Assembly: GCF_051903065.1 (NCBI RefSeq)
Contig: NZ_CP178438.1
DNA from: Escherichia coli
GTDB taxonomy: Bacteria; Pseudomonadota; Gammaproteobacteria; Enterobacterales; Enterobacteriaceae
Strand: one strand, 5' to 3'
DNA length: 64,000 bases
This document shows, piece by piece, positions 20,141 to 31,140 of this stretch. Positions within the stretch are counted from its first letter, which is position 1. Each line of letters starts with the position of its first letter. The position numbers and the translations under genes were made by a program. The notes under the pieces are model-generated. The model was not told where the DNA came from. It saw only the letters and a list, made by a program, of their open reading frames with translations, and ran no database searches.

Positions 20141-20495
20141 ATTGTTCAGTCTCTTATTATCTTTATATGCTTGATATACTTAAGGTTGTAATAAGCAAAA
20201 GAGGACTGAACTGTAAAATATAGGCGTTATACTTTACAGCAACAGTACGCCGCTAACGCAATTGCTACCTCTGGCATAACAAGTATATCGGGTAAGGGTT
20301 TCTGTTCCGCACACGCAGGCGCAGAGTATCGTTAAGATATCCATATTGTTGTTTTAGGCCCGCTAGTAATGCGCTACGGGTATTTAATATTGTTAAACCC
20401 TGATAATCGCTCCGGTTATTTCCGGGATAAATGTACTACCGCAGTTACTATCATAGCCCCGACAATAAAACTTGCCGGGGCTTTTTTTGACGCTA

Positions 20496-22667
20496 TTAAT
20501 GACTTTCTTTTTCGCGCAAACGCCAGGCGTGTAATAACGGTTCGGTATAGCCGTTTGGCTGTTTCACGCCAAGGAAGATTAAATCGCTGGCAGCCTTAAA
20601 GGCACACGAGTTAGCGAAATTCCCCGCCATCGGACGATAAGCCGGATCGCCAGCGTTTTGCTGATCAACCACTTTCGCCATATTCTCCAGCGACGCCTGC
20701 ACCTGTTCTTTGGTCAGAATACCGTGACGTAACCAGTTGGCGATATGCTGGCTGGAGATACGCAGCGTTGCGCGGTCTTCCATCAGCGCCACATTGTGAA
20801 TATCCGGCACTTTTGAACAACCAATCCCCTGCTCCACCCAGCGCACCACGTACCCCAGAATCCCCTGCACGTTGTTATCCAGCTCTTGTTGGATCTCTTG
20901 CGCCGACCAGTTAGCGTTTTCAGCAACCGGAATAGTCAGCAGATCGTCCAGCAGCGGTTCAAATTCAGCATTGAACTCGGTCTGGGCAATGTTGGCTTGC
21001 ACGCTCTGTACGTTGGTTTGGTGGTAGTGCAGCGCATGGAGCGTAGCAGCGGTTGGTGACGGAACCCAGGCTGTGTTTGCCCCGGCACGCAGTTGGTCGC
21101 CCTTCTGGCTGTACATGTCTGCCATCAGGTCCGGCATTGCCCACATGCCTTTACCAATTTGCGCTTTACCGCGCAGCCCACAGAACAGACCGGAAAGCAC
21201 GTTATTACGCTCGTAGGCTTTGATCCAAGGCGTCGATTTCATCTGATTTTTACGCAGCATCGGGCCAGCTTCCATCACCGAATGCATTTCATCGCCGGTA
21301 CGGTCGAGGAAACCGGTATTGATGAACGCCACGCGGTTGTGCGCCTGAGCGATACAGCTACGCAAGTTCAGCGAGGTCCGACGTTCTTCATCCATAATGC
21401 CCATTTTCAGGGTATTCGGTGCCATACCGAGCATTGTCTCAATGCGGGTAAACAGTTTGTTGGCGAACGCCACTTCCAGCGGACCGTGCATTTTCGGTTT
21501 CACAATATAGACGCTGCCAGTGCGCGAGTTTTTCTGCACTTTTAAATCATAGAGGGCAATCGCGCCAGTCATGACGCCATCAAGAATGCCTTCCGGTATT
21601 TCATTACCTTCGCTGTCCCAAATCACAGGAATGGTCATCAAATGACCCACGTTGCGGATAAACAGCAACGAGCGTCCGTGCAGAGAAATTTCAGAGCCAT
21701 CGGCGGCGGTGTACTGACGATCGTCATTCAGTTTACGTACGATTTGCCGACCGTTTTTCTCCATTTTCTCTTGCAGAGTCCCCTGCATCAGGCCCAGCAG
21801 GTTGCGGTACAGCAGGATTTTATCTTCCGCATCAACCGCCGCGACCGAATCTTCGCAGTCGAGAATGGTACTGATGGCCGCTTCGACGATAACATCGTTG
21901 ATGTGCGCCGGATCGTCTTTGCCAATCCGCCCGTTGGCATCGATTTGTAGCTCAATATGCAGGCCGTTATTTTTCAGCAAAATGCAGGTCGGCGCAGCGG
22001 TATCGCCACGGTAACCGACAAACTGCGCCGGGGTACGTAACGTGGTTTCTTTACCATTTTTCAACTGGATGCGTAATTGTTTATCGACCACCTTAAACGC
22101 CACCACATCCTGATAGCTGCCGTTTTCCAGCGGTAGAGATTCATCGAGGAAACGCCGAACCCAGGCGATAACTTGCTCACCGCGTTGCGGATCGTAGCCG
22201 CTGACCATCGCCCCTTCCTGTGGGATGATGTCGCTGCCGTATAACGCATCGTACAGTGAGCCCCAGCGAGCGTTCGCCGCGTTCAGCGCGTAGCGGGTGT
22301 TCATTGCCGGAACCACCAGCTGTGGCCCCGCCTGACTGGTGATTTCGCTGTCAATGCCCGTGGTTTCCACCGTCACGCGCTCCGGTTGCGGCACCAGGTA
22401 GCCCAGTTCACGCAGGAAAGATTTATAGGCCGCTTTATCTTTTACCGGCCCCGGATTGCTGCGATGCCACTCATCAAGCGCCGCCTGAATGCGATCGCGT
22501 TCTGCCAGCAACTGACGATTTTCTGGTGCCAGATCGTGAACGATCTCATCAAAATTGCGCCAGAACGCCGCAGCGTCCAGCCCTGTTCCCGGTAAAACTT
22601 CTTCATCCACAAAACGTTTAAAATTGGCGTCAATGCGTAAACGGCCCTGGGTTATGGTTTGACTCAT
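20496..22667 (-). CDS. glcB: Malate synthase G
   Basis: 723 aa; matches recalled GlcB ([31 protein letters not shown]...). Confidence 0.95.
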   Translation of the reverse strand: MSQTITQGRLRIDANFKRFVDEEVLPGTGLDAAAFWRNFDEIVHDLAPENRQLLAERDRIQAALDEWHRSNPGPVKDKAAYKSFLRELGYLVPQPERVTVETTGIDSEITSQAGPQLVVPAMNTRYALNAANARWGSLYDALYGSDIIPQEGAMVSGYDPQRGEQVIAWVRRFLDESLPLENGSYQDVVAFKVVDKQLRIQLKNGKETTLRTPAQFVGYRGDTAAPTCILLKNNGLHIELQIDANGRIGKDDPAHINDVIVEAAISTILDCEDSVAAVDAEDKILLYRNLLGLMQGTLQEKMEKNGRQIVRKLNDDRQYTAADGSEISLHGRSLLFIRNVGHLMTIPVIWDSEGNEIPEGILDGVMTGAIALYDLKVQKNSRTGSVYIVKPKMHGPLEVAFANKLFTRIETMLGMAPNTLKMGIMDEERRTSLNLRSCIAQAHNRVAFINTGFLDRTGDEMHSVMEAGPMLRKNQMKSTPWIKAYERNNVLSGLFCGLRGKAQIGKGMWAMPDLMADMYSQKGDQLRAGANTAWVPSPTAATLHALHYHQTNVQSVQANIAQTEFNAEFEPLLDDLLTIPVAENANWSAQEIQQELDNNVQGILGYVVRWVEQGIGCSKVPDIHNVALMEDRATLRISSQHIANWLRHGILTKEQVQASLENMAKVVDQQNAGDPAYRPMAGNFANSCAFKAASDLIFLGVKQPNGYTEPLLHAWRLREKESH

Positions 22668-22688
22668 TGTTTCTCTCCTCGTTTTCGC

Positions 22689-23093
22689 TTATTTCGCCAA
22701 CACCGCTGCTGCCGCTTTCGCGACCTGCGCATCCTGTGCTCCGGTTAAACCAGAAACGCCCACGGCACCAATAATTTGCCCATCAACAACAACCGGTACG
22801 CCGCCTTCCAGCGACGTTAATAACGGCGCAGTCACGAACGCGGTACGTCCGTTGTTCACCATCTCTTCATAGCCCTTAGTTTCACGACGCCCCAGCGCGG
22901 CGGTACGCGCTTTCTCTTGGGAGATGTAAGCCGCAATCGGCGCGCAATCGTCCATGCGACTTAACGCCAGCAGATGACCGCCGTCATCGGCAACAGCAAT
23001 GGAAACAGACCAGTTATTTTTCTGCGCCTCTTCCTGACCTGCGGCAATAATTGCACTCGCCATTTGCTGGCTAAGAATGACTTTAGTTTTCAT
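22689..23093 (-). CDS. glcG: GlcG protein
   Basis: Start MKTKVILSQQMASAIIAAGQEEA; ORF track extends to 23111. Confidence 0.85.
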   Translation of the reverse strand: MKTKVILSQQMASAIIAAGQEEAQKNNWSVSIAVADDGGHLLALSRMDDCAPIAAYISQEKARTAALGRRETKGYEEMVNNGRTAFVTAPLLTSLEGGVPVVVDGQIIGAVGVSGLTGAQDAQVAKAAAAVLAK

Positions 23094-23097
23094 TTTT

Positions 23098-24321
23098 TTA
23101 TTCCTTTTCAAGGGCTTGTTCTACAATTTCAATCCAGTGACGCACAGAGGTACGACCGGCGCTCGCCAGATGCGTCTGGCAACCAATGTTGGCGGTGACG
23201 ATCATTTCCGGTTTGCCGCTTTCCAGCGCATTCATTTTGTTATCCCGCAGCTGGCGTGCCAGATCGGGATGCGTGAACGCATATGTTCCCGCTGAACCGC
23301 AGCACAGATGGCTGTCGGGAACGTCCGTTAAGGTAAATCCAAGACGAAGCAACACTTTTTCCACTTCGCCGTTCAGCTTTTGCGCATGTTGTAGGGTACA
23401 CGGGCAGTGGAAGGCCAGTTTTTTATCGCCGCGAATTGCCAGTTTTTCCAGCGGTTCCTCGCGCAGAAGCTCGACTAAATCGACCGCCAGTTCACTGACC
23501 TGACGCGCTTTATCGGCATATAACGCATCGTTTTTCAGCATCTGCCCATACTCTTTGACAAACGCGCCGCAACCGCTGGCGGTTTGCAAAATTGCCTCGG
23601 CACCTGCTTCAATCGCGGGCCACCAGGCATCAATATTATTGCGCACCCGTGCCAGCCCTTTCTCCTGCGCATTAAGATGATAGTCCACCGCGCCACAACA
23701 GCCTGCTTCGTTAGCTGGCATGACGCTGATCCCCAGACGATCCAGCACTCGCGCAGTTGCCGCGTTGGTGTTGGGCGAAAGCGTAGGCTGGGCGCAGCCT
23801 TCCAGCATTAAAACCCGACGCTTATGGCGCAGCGGCGGACGCGGTTTAGCTTTCACCGTTTCAGCAGGCAGTTTTGCTCTGACCTGTTCCGGTAAAAACG
23901 GTCGCAGCACCAGCCCTACCTGCGTCAGCGCACGGAAGACCGCCGGACGCGGCACTACCTGGCGCAATCCTTCGCGCAGTATTCGCTCCGGCAGTGGGCG
24001 TTTCACTTTCTGCTCGACAATATCACGCCCGATATCCAGCAAATTGTGATAGCGCACACCAGAAGGACAGGTGGTTTCACAATTGCGGCAAGTGAGGCAG
24101 CGATCGAGATGCTCCTGTGTTTTAAGCGTGACTTCGTTGCCTTCCAGCACCTGTTTAATCAGATAGATGCGCCCGCGCGGCCCGTCCAGTTCATCGCCCA
24201 GAAGCTGATAGGTTGGGCAGGTTGCGGTACAAAATCCGCAGTGAACACAGGCGCGCAGGATGCTGTCGGCTTCCAGCGCGCGCGCGTTCTGCCGCATCTC
24301 TTCAGTTAATTGGGTTTGCAT
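23098..24321 (-). CDS. glcF: Glycolate oxidase iron-sulfur subunit GlcF
   Basis: Start MQTQLTEEM; two CxxCxxC ferredoxin-type clusters (CVHCGFCTATCP, CLTCRNCETTCP). Confidence 0.9.
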   Translation of the reverse strand: MQTQLTEEMRQNARALEADSILRACVHCGFCTATCPTYQLLGDELDGPRGRIYLIKQVLEGNEVTLKTQEHLDRCLTCRNCETTCPSGVRYHNLLDIGRDIVEQKVKRPLPERILREGLRQVVPRPAVFRALTQVGLVLRPFLPEQVRAKLPAETVKAKPRPPLRHKRRVLMLEGCAQPTLSPNTNAATARVLDRLGISVMPANEAGCCGAVDYHLNAQEKGLARVRNNIDAWWPAIEAGAEAILQTASGCGAFVKEYGQMLKNDALYADKARQVSELAVDLVELLREEPLEKLAIRGDKKLAFHCPCTLQHAQKLNGEVEKVLLRLGFTLTDVPDSHLCCGSAGTYAFTHPDLARQLRDNKMNALESGKPEMIVTANIGCQTHLASAGRTSVRHWIEIVEQALEKE

Positions 24322-24331
24322 AGCCTGCTCC

Positions 24332-25384
24332 TCAAAGTTCCGCGTACATGCGACCGGGGTTAAACACGCCGCAAGGGTCGAGCTGCTGTTTAAGCTGCTG
24401 GTGATAGCGGAATAAAGGAGCCGATAGCGGGGCAAAGCCACCATCTCCGGCACTAAAGCGGGTCGCATGACCGCCAGCGTTGCGGGCGATGCGATGGATT
24501 TGATTGTCCTCGGCTGTCGATTTCAGCCAGCGTAACGCCCCGCCCCAGTCGATCAGTTGCTCGCCGGGTAAATCCATCATCGGCGCATCGCTGGGTAATG
24601 AAATGCGCCATAAGGTACCTGGTAACGAGAAGAACGGCAGTTGTTGTTCACGCAATTGCTGCCAGAACTGACCCGCCACCTCTTCGCCACCCAGCAGTTC
24701 ACGCGCTGCTTTTACCGATCCTTCGCCGCCCTCAAGGCGGATCCACAACGCATTGTCGAAGTAACATAAGCCACTAATGGGTAATGGCTGGAGTTGCCAC
24801 TCGGCGATTTCACTCATGGCTTCTTGCAGGCTGATTTCCCGACGCAGGCTCAGGGAGGCGCGCGGTCGCGGTAACACTTTCATTGAGATTTCAGTGAGCA
24901 CGCCAAGACAACCGTAGCTTCCGGCCATTAACCGTGAGAGATCGTATCCGGCAACGTTTTTCATCACTTCGCCACCAAAACGCAGATGTTTTCCAGCGCC
25001 GGTAATGATGCGCGTGCCGAGGACAAAATCGCGGACCGAACCGCTCCACGGGCGACGCGGCCCCGCCAGCCCGCAGGCGACCATCCCGCCCCAGGTGGCT
25101 TCTTCACCATAATGTGGCGGCTCGCAGGGGAGCATTTGCCCCGCGCTCTCCAGCGCCGCTTCAATCGCCACCAGCGGCGTTCCGGCACGAGCGGTTATCA
25201 CCAGCTCGGTCGGGTCGTAATTAACAATGCCGCGATGACAACGCACATCCAGCGTTTGCCCGGTGACAGGGCGACCTAAAAAGGCTTTGCTATTGCTGCC
25301 CTGAATCACCAGCGGCGTTTTATTGCTAATTGCCTGATTCACCTGCTCCAGCAGCGCCTGGCTGTAATCACACTCGCGTAGCAT
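24332..25384 (-). CDS. glcE: Glycolate oxidase FAD-binding subunit GlcE
   Basis: 350 aa; synteny between glcF and glcD. Confidence 0.9.
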   Translation of the reverse strand: MLRECDYSQALLEQVNQAISNKTPLVIQGSNSKAFLGRPVTGQTLDVRCHRGIVNYDPTELVITARAGTPLVAIEAALESAGQMLPCEPPHYGEEATWGGMVACGLAGPRRPWSGSVRDFVLGTRIITGAGKHLRFGGEVMKNVAGYDLSRLMAGSYGCLGVLTEISMKVLPRPRASLSLRREISLQEAMSEIAEWQLQPLPISGLCYFDNALWIRLEGGEGSVKAARELLGGEEVAGQFWQQLREQQLPFFSLPGTLWRISLPSDAPMMDLPGEQLIDWGGALRWLKSTAEDNQIHRIARNAGGHATRFSAGDGGFAPLSAPLFRYHQQLKQQLDPCGVFNPGRMYAEL

Positions 25385-26883
25385 CAGAAACGCTCCAGTT
25401 CAGGAAAAGGTAAATGACCGTGATGCACGTGCATGGCACCAAATTCAGCACAGCGGTGTAGCGTGGGAATGTTTTTTCCTGGGTTCAGCAAACCATCCGG
25501 ATCAAACGCCGCCTTGACCGCATGAAAGGTCGTGATTTCATCGCTGTTGAACTGGGCGCACATTTGATTGATTTTTTCTCGCCCGATGCCATGTTCCCCA
25601 CTGATGCTGCCGCCAACTTCAACGCAGAGTTCGAGGATCTTCCCGCCCAGCACTTCCGCGCGGGCAAATTCACCGGGTTCGTTGGCATCGAAAAGGATTA
25701 AAGGGTGCATGTTGCCGTCTCCGGCATGAAAGACGTTGGCAACGCGTAAATCATATTGCTGCGATAAACGGGCAATGCCTTCCAGTACGCCAGGCAGCGC
25801 GCGGCGCGGGATGGTGCCATCCATGCAGTAGTAATCCGGGGAGATACGTCCTACCGCCGGGAATGCATTTTTGCGACCGGCCCAGAAACGTACGCGCTCT
25901 GCTTCGTCCTGTGCCAGACGGACGTCAGTCGCGCCCGCTTTCAACAAGATGTCGTTAACCCGCTCGCAGTCTTCCTGTACATCAGACTCCACGCCGTCCA
26001 GCTCGCATAACAAAATCGCTTCGGCGTCGACGGGATAACCGGCATGAATAAAATCTTCCGCCGCGCGGATCGACAGGTTATCCATCATCTCCAGCCCGCC
26101 GGGGATAATGCCATTGGCGATGATGTCACCAACCGCAAGTCCGGCTTTTTCTACCGAGTCAAAGCTTGCTAACAGAACCCGCGCCACGGGCGGCTTCGGC
26201 AGCAGTTTTACCGTCACTTCGGTGGTCACGCCGAGCATACCTTCCGATCCGGTGAACAACGCCAGCAGGTCAAAACCAGGCGAATCCAGCGCATCCGATC
26301 CCAGCGTCAGCGCCTCGCCATCCAGCGTTTGCACTTCAATTTTCAGCAGGTTATGTACGGTCAGACCATATTTCAGGCAGTGGACGCCGCCGGCATTTTC
26401 AGCCACATTGCCGCCAATCGAACAGGCGATTTGTGATGAAGGATCCGGCGCGTAATAGAGATTATGCGGCGCAACGGCCTGGGAGATCGCCAGGTTACGC
26501 ACGCCCGGCTGCACACGCGCGCGGCGACCAACGGGGTTAATGTCGAGGATCTCTTTAAAGCGCGCCATCACCAACAACACACCTTTTTCCAGCGGCAGCG
26601 CGCCACCAGAAAGCCCGGTGCCTGCACCACGGGTCACCACCGGTACACGCAGGCGGTGGCAGACAGCCAGAATCGCTGTCACCTGTTCCATCTGCTTAGG
26701 CAGAACAACCAGTAATGGACGCGTGCGATACGCGCTCAACCCGTCACACTCGTAAGGAATGATCTCCTCATCGGTATGCAGGATCTCCAGTCCAGGGACA
26801 TGCTCACGCAGTGCCATCAGTACCGATGTGCGGTCGACATCGGGTAAAGCGCCATCAAGACGCTCTTCGTACAAGATGCTCAT
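25384..26883 (-). CDS. glcD: Glycolate oxidase subunit GlcD (FAD-linked oxidase)
   Basis: 499 aa; first gene of the glcDEFGBA operon. Confidence 0.9.
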   Translation of the reverse strand: MSILYEERLDGALPDVDRTSVLMALREHVPGLEILHTDEEIIPYECDGLSAYRTRPLLVVLPKQMEQVTAILAVCHRLRVPVVTRGAGTGLSGGALPLEKGVLLVMARFKEILDINPVGRRARVQPGVRNLAISQAVAPHNLYYAPDPSSQIACSIGGNVAENAGGVHCLKYGLTVHNLLKIEVQTLDGEALTLGSDALDSPGFDLLALFTGSEGMLGVTTEVTVKLLPKPPVARVLLASFDSVEKAGLAVGDIIANGIIPGGLEMMDNLSIRAAEDFIHAGYPVDAEAILLCELDGVESDVQEDCERVNDILLKAGATDVRLAQDEAERVRFWAGRKNAFPAVGRISPDYYCMDGTIPRRALPGVLEGIARLSQQYDLRVANVFHAGDGNMHPLILFDANEPGEFARAEVLGGKILELCVEVGGSISGEHGIGREKINQMCAQFNSDEITTFHAVKAAFDPDGLLNPGKNIPTLHRCAEFGAMHVHHGHLPFPELERF

Positions 26884-27133
26884 GAGTAGGCTTCGCTTTG
26901 TTATGTTGTGTGGCAGCTGATTTTTGCGCGCTGCTTCTGTGAACAGTTATTAAGCGGGCTTTTCGTTTTCGTCTATCTCTTTAGCTACCGGTCAGACCAT
27001 TTTTTTTCCAGCTCTGTGACCTTGTCTTGGTTAACTTAATGTTAAATTGATGTAACATAATCACTTACGTGATGTGCGTGTTTTGCGAGTTAAGAACAGA
27101 AAAATTGGTCCTACCTGTGCACGAGGTCCGGGA
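26884..27133. promoter_or_regulatory. Divergent glcD / glcC promoter region
   Basis: Intergenic region between divergently transcribed glcD and glcC; individual sites not mapped. Confidence 0.5.
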
Positions 27134-27898
27134 ATGAAAGATGAACGTCGCCCTATTTGCGAAGTGGTTGCAGAGAGTATCGAACGGTTAATTATCGACG
27201 GCGTACTGAAGGTCGGTCAGCCGCTTCCCTCGGAACGTCGACTGTGTGAAAAGCTCGGCTTCTCACGCTCCGCACTGCGTGAAGGGCTGACCGTGCTGCG
27301 CGGGCGCGGGATTATTGAAACGGCGCAGGGTCGCGATTCTCGTGTCGCACGGCTTAATCGGGTGCAGGACACCAGTCCGCTGATCCATCTGTTCAGTACG
27401 CAACCGCGAACGCTGTACGATCTGCTCGATGTTCGCGCATTACTGGAGGGCGAATCGGCAAGGCTTGCGGCAACGCTGGGAACCCAGGCTGATTTTGTTG
27501 TGATAACCCGCTGTTATGAAAAAATGCTCGCCGCCAGTGAGAACAACAAAGAGATTTCGCTGATCGAACATGCGCAGTTGGATCACGCTTTCCATCTCGC
27601 CATTTGTCAGGCTTCTCACAATCAGGTGCTGGTGTTTACGCTGCAATCATTGACCGATCTGATGTTTAATTCAGTGTTTGCCAGCGTAAATAATCTCTAC
27701 CATCGACCACAGCAAAAAAAGCAGATCGATCGCCAGCATGCGCGGATCTACAACGCGGTGTTGCAGCGGCTGCCGCACGTCGCCCAGCGCGCAGCACGCG
27801 ATCATGTGCGGACCGTGAAAAAGAATCTCCACGATATCGAGCTGGAAGGCCACCATTTGATTCGCTCGGCGGTGCCGCTGGAGATGAACCTGAGTTAG
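27134..27898 (+). CDS. glcC: GntR-family transcriptional activator GlcC
   Basis: Start MKDERRPICEVVAESIERLIIDG; ATG at 27134 checked on the sequence. Confidence 0.9.
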   Translation: MKDERRPICEVVAESIERLIIDGVLKVGQPLPSERRLCEKLGFSRSALREGLTVLRGRGIIETAQGRDSRVARLNRVQDTSPLIHLFSTQPRTLYDLLDVRALLEGESARLAATLGTQADFVVITRCYEKMLAASENNKEISLIEHAQLDHAFHLAICQASHNQVLVFTLQSLTDLMFNSVFASVNNLYHRPQQKKQIDRQHARIYNAVLQRLPHVAQRAARDHVRTVKKNLHDIELEGHHLIRSAVPLEMNLS

Positions 27899-27904
27899 CT
27901 GGTA

Positions 27905-29047
27905 TTAAATCTGCTTTTCATACAATCGGTAACGCTTGTACGGCTCCGCCCCAATGCGTTCCAGCATGTTATTCATGCCTGTATTGGTTTCGAGGATCCA
28001 TGACATCTCCAGCGCATCGATCTTCCGGCGGGCAAACGGATCGCGTAAGGCTTCAATCAATAACAGCGCAATCACCGGGCCGATGCGGCTGAACTGATAC
28101 TCGTCGCGCACGCCCATCAGCGGTACTCTCGCAGTTCGCACACCGCTGACTTTCAAACGCCACAGCAATTTTGCCCAGCCGAAGGGAAAGAGCGATCCGT
28201 TCAGATCGGCAATCGCCTCGTTGATGTTCGGCAAGCCGACAATAAACGCGCAGGGTGCAGAATCAATCTCAGCGATGTAGATCATATCGTCCGGCACCAG
28301 ATATTTAAGTTGGTCGCCCATGGTCGCGAATTCATGTTCGGTAAACGGCACAAATCCCCAGTTGTGCTGCCAGCCAGAGTTGAAAATCTCACGCAGGATC
28401 TGCATCTCTTCGGCAAACCGCTGACGATTGATGCAGCGAATGGTCACCTTTTTGCGCACCTGATCCATCAGTTTTTTTAGCGCCGGAGAGAAAGTGAGAT
28501 CGGTTCGCTGCATCCACCACGCCAGTAAATCAATGCCTTTGTGATAACCCAGTTGTTCAATATGCGCGGCATACCACGGTTTGCCGTGTGGCATCATCGC
28601 ACAGGGTGGTGTATCGAAACCTTCAATCAGTAATCCGCTTTCCTGATTGATATTCAGGCTGAAAGGACCGCTGATCTTACTTGCACCTTGTGACTTCAAC
28701 CACGCTTCCGCTGCGCCAAACAACGCGGCAAAAACCTGCGGATCATCAATGGCGTCAATCATGCCGAAATGACCGGTATCTTCGCCGTAACGCTCGCGGT
28801 GTAAGGTATCGATTTGCGCGGTAATACGCCCAACTATCTGCCCGGCTATTTTTGCCACCCACGCCTGCCAGATGATATGGTCCGTCCCCGGATTTTTCAC
28901 AGACAAATGCTCGTTGCGTTCAATGAATAAAGGGGGTATCCAGTTTGGATCGTCGGGATAAAGTGATGACGGAAAAGCGATAAATGCCTTAAGGTCATTT
29001 TTATTAGTTACTTTTTCAATTTGAATCATTAGCAGATCGCATTCCAT
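27905..29047 (-). CDS. yghO: YghO, predicted acyl-CoA N-acyltransferase fold (candidate ceramide-synthase-like enzyme)
   Basis: 380 aa intact ORF matching recalled YghO; acyltransferase fold is recalled annotation, not verified here. Confidence 0.75.
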   Translation of the reverse strand: MECDLLMIQIEKVTNKNDLKAFIAFPSSLYPDDPNWIPPLFIERNEHLSVKNPGTDHIIWQAWVAKIAGQIVGRITAQIDTLHRERYGEDTGHFGMIDAIDDPQVFAALFGAAEAWLKSQGASKISGPFSLNINQESGLLIEGFDTPPCAMMPHGKPWYAAHIEQLGYHKGIDLLAWWMQRTDLTFSPALKKLMDQVRKKVTIRCINRQRFAEEMQILREIFNSGWQHNWGFVPFTEHEFATMGDQLKYLVPDDMIYIAEIDSAPCAFIVGLPNINEAIADLNGSLFPFGWAKLLWRLKVSGVRTARVPLMGVRDEYQFSRIGPVIALLLIEALRDPFARRKIDALEMSWILETNTGMNNMLERIGAEPYKRYRLYEKQI

Positions 29048-29418
29048 AGTTCTGTAGATAACAAAAAATTAACGGTGACAAACAGGTTGCAACAGCAACG
29101 AACGGCATCTTAATAATCAACCCAATGAATACAAACGACGAATAAATAGTATTTATTAATGATTACGATAAGGTCAGAGACTACACAGAAGCGCCACAAT
29201 GCCTTTTGTCGATTTAAGGCGACCGGACAAGGCTTCTTCTTAATATATTCATAAATTAAATATCATTCACAATAAAAACAAAAAAACTCAAACTCATTAT
29301 TTAAATCAATGTTCATTTTCACACTGATGAAAATACTATCTCATTTATCTTTTATGCCTATATAATCCACCGCATTATTGTCATTTTATTTTGGATATCC
29401 AATTTTTTCGTGGTGTAT

Positions 29419-31140
29419 ATGTCTAATAAAATCTTTACGCATTCCCTACCTATGCGCTATGCCGATTTTCCAACGCTGGTTGATGCTTTGGACTACGCCG
29501 CTCTGAGTAGCGCTGGAATGAATTTTTATGACAGACGTTGCCAACTTGAAGATCAACTGGAATATCAGACGTTAAAAGCGCGTGCCGAAGCTGGTGCGAA
29601 GCGGTTGTTATCGCTAAACCTGAAAAAAGGCGATCGCGTGGCGCTGATTGCCGAAACCAGTAGCGGGTTCGTAGAGGCTTTTTTTTCCTGCCAGTATGCC
29701 GGCTTAGTCGCCGTCCCGTTGGCGATTCCAATGGGCGTCGGTCAGCGGGATTCCTGGAGCGCCAAACTGCAGGGTTTACTGGCAAGTTGCCAGCCCGCTG
29801 CCATTATCACTGGTGATGAGTGGTTGCCGCTGGTCAATGCCGCCACGCATAACAACCCCGAATTGCATGTATTAAGCCACACCTGGTTTAAGGCATTACC
29901 GGAAGCCGATGTTGCGCTCCAGCGTCCAGTTCCGAACGATATCGCCTACCTCCAGTACACCTCCGGCAGCACCCGTTTTCCCCGTGGCGTCATTATCACC
30001 CATCGCGAAGTGATGGCTAATCTACGTGCTATAAGCCACGACGGCATTAAATTACGCCCTGGCGACCGCTGCGTCTCCTGGCTGCCTTTCTACCATGATA
30101 TGGGACTGGTCGGCTTTCTCCTGACCCCCGTCGCCACGCAGCTTTCAGTAGATTATTTGCGCACTCAGGATTTTGCCATGCGTCCTCTGCAATGGCTTAA
30201 ATTGATCAGTAAAAATCGCGGCACCGTTTCCGTTGCGCCGCCGTTTGGCTATGAATTGTGCCAGCGCCGCGTGAATGAAAAAGATCTCGCTGAACTGGAT
30301 CTTTCCTGCTGGCGCGTCGCTGGTATTGGTGCAGAACCCATCTCCACAGAACAACTCCATCAATTCGCTGAATGTTTCCGTCAGGTTAACTTTGACAATA
30401 AAACTTTCATGCCGTGCTACGGACTGGCAGAAAATGCGCTGGCTGTCAGCTTCTCTGATGAAGCCTCCGGGGTTGTGGTTAACGAAGTGGATCGCGACAT
30501 CCTCGAATATCAGGGTAAAGCCGTCGCGCCGGGTGCAGAGACACGCGCCGTATCGACTTTCGTCAACTGCGGCAAAGCGTTGCCGGAACATGGTATTGAA
30601 ATCCGCAATGAAGCAGGTATGCCGGTCGCGGAACGTGTGGTAGGCCATATTTGCATCTCCGGTCCCAGTCTGATGAGCGGTTACTTTGGCGACCAGGCTT
30701 CGCAAGACGAGATTGCCGCGACGGGCTGGTTAGACACTGGCGACCTCGGATATCTGCTGGACGGTTATCTGTATGTCACCGGACGCATTAAAGATCTGAT
30801 TATTATTCGTGGCCGTAATATCTGGCCGCAGGATATTGAATATATAGCGGAACAGGAACCGGAAATTCATTCTGGCGATGCGATTGCTTTTGTTACCGCC
30901 CAGGAAAAAATCATTTTGCAGATCCAGTGTCGGATCAGCGATGAAGAACGTCGCGGGCAGCTTATCCACGCGCTGGCGGCACGGATCCAAAGCGAATTTG
31001 GCGTGACCGCGGCTATCGATCTGTTGCCGCCCCACAGTATTCCCCGAACGTCCTCCGGCAAGCCTGCCCGTGCGGAAGCGAAAAAACGTTATCAGAAGGC
31101 TTATGCTGCAAGCCTTCATGTGCAGGAATCCCTGGCATGA
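29419..31140 (+). CDS. Fatty acyl-AMP ligase / acyl-ACP synthetase (adenylate-forming enzyme)
   Basis: AMP-binding motifs YTSGSTRFPRGV and TGDLGY; ORF track begins at GTG 29410, first ATG at 29419. Confidence 0.85.
   Translation: MSNKIFTHSLPMRYADFPTLVDALDYAALSSAGMNFYDRRCQLEDQLEYQTLKARAEAGAKRLLSLNLKKGDRVALIAETSSGFVEAFFSCQYAGLVAVPLAIPMGVGQRDSWSAKLQGLLASCQPAAIITGDEWLPLVNAATHNNPELHVLSHTWFKALPEADVALQRPVPNDIAYLQYTSGSTRFPRGVIITHREVMANLRAISHDGIKLRPGDRCVSWLPFYHDMGLVGFLLTPVATQLSVDYLRTQDFAMRPLQWLKLISKNRGTVSVAPPFGYELCQRRVNEKDLAELDLSCWRVAGIGAEPISTEQLHQFAECFRQVNFDNKTFMPCYGLAENALAVSFSDEASGVVVNEVDRDILEYQGKAVAPGAETRAVSTFVNCGKALPEHGIEIRNEAGMPVAERVVGHICISGPSLMSGYFGDQASQDEIAATGWLDTGDLGYLLDGYLYVTGRIKDLIIIRGRNIWPQDIEYIAEQEPEIHSGDAIAFVTAQEKIILQIQCRISDEERRGQLIHALAARIQSEFGVTAAIDLLPPHSIPRTSSGKPARAEAKKRYQKAYAASLHVQESLA

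Noticed and set aside
20453-20488. Hairpin with T-tract between glcB and glcA
   Set aside because: The T-tract follows the hairpin on the plus strand, but both flanking genes are on the minus strand, so it is not a terminator for the glc transcript; function unclear.
23098-24468. 456-aa extended glcF ORF
   Set aside because: The N-terminal extension overlaps glcE; recalled GlcF starts at MQTQLTEEM (24321).
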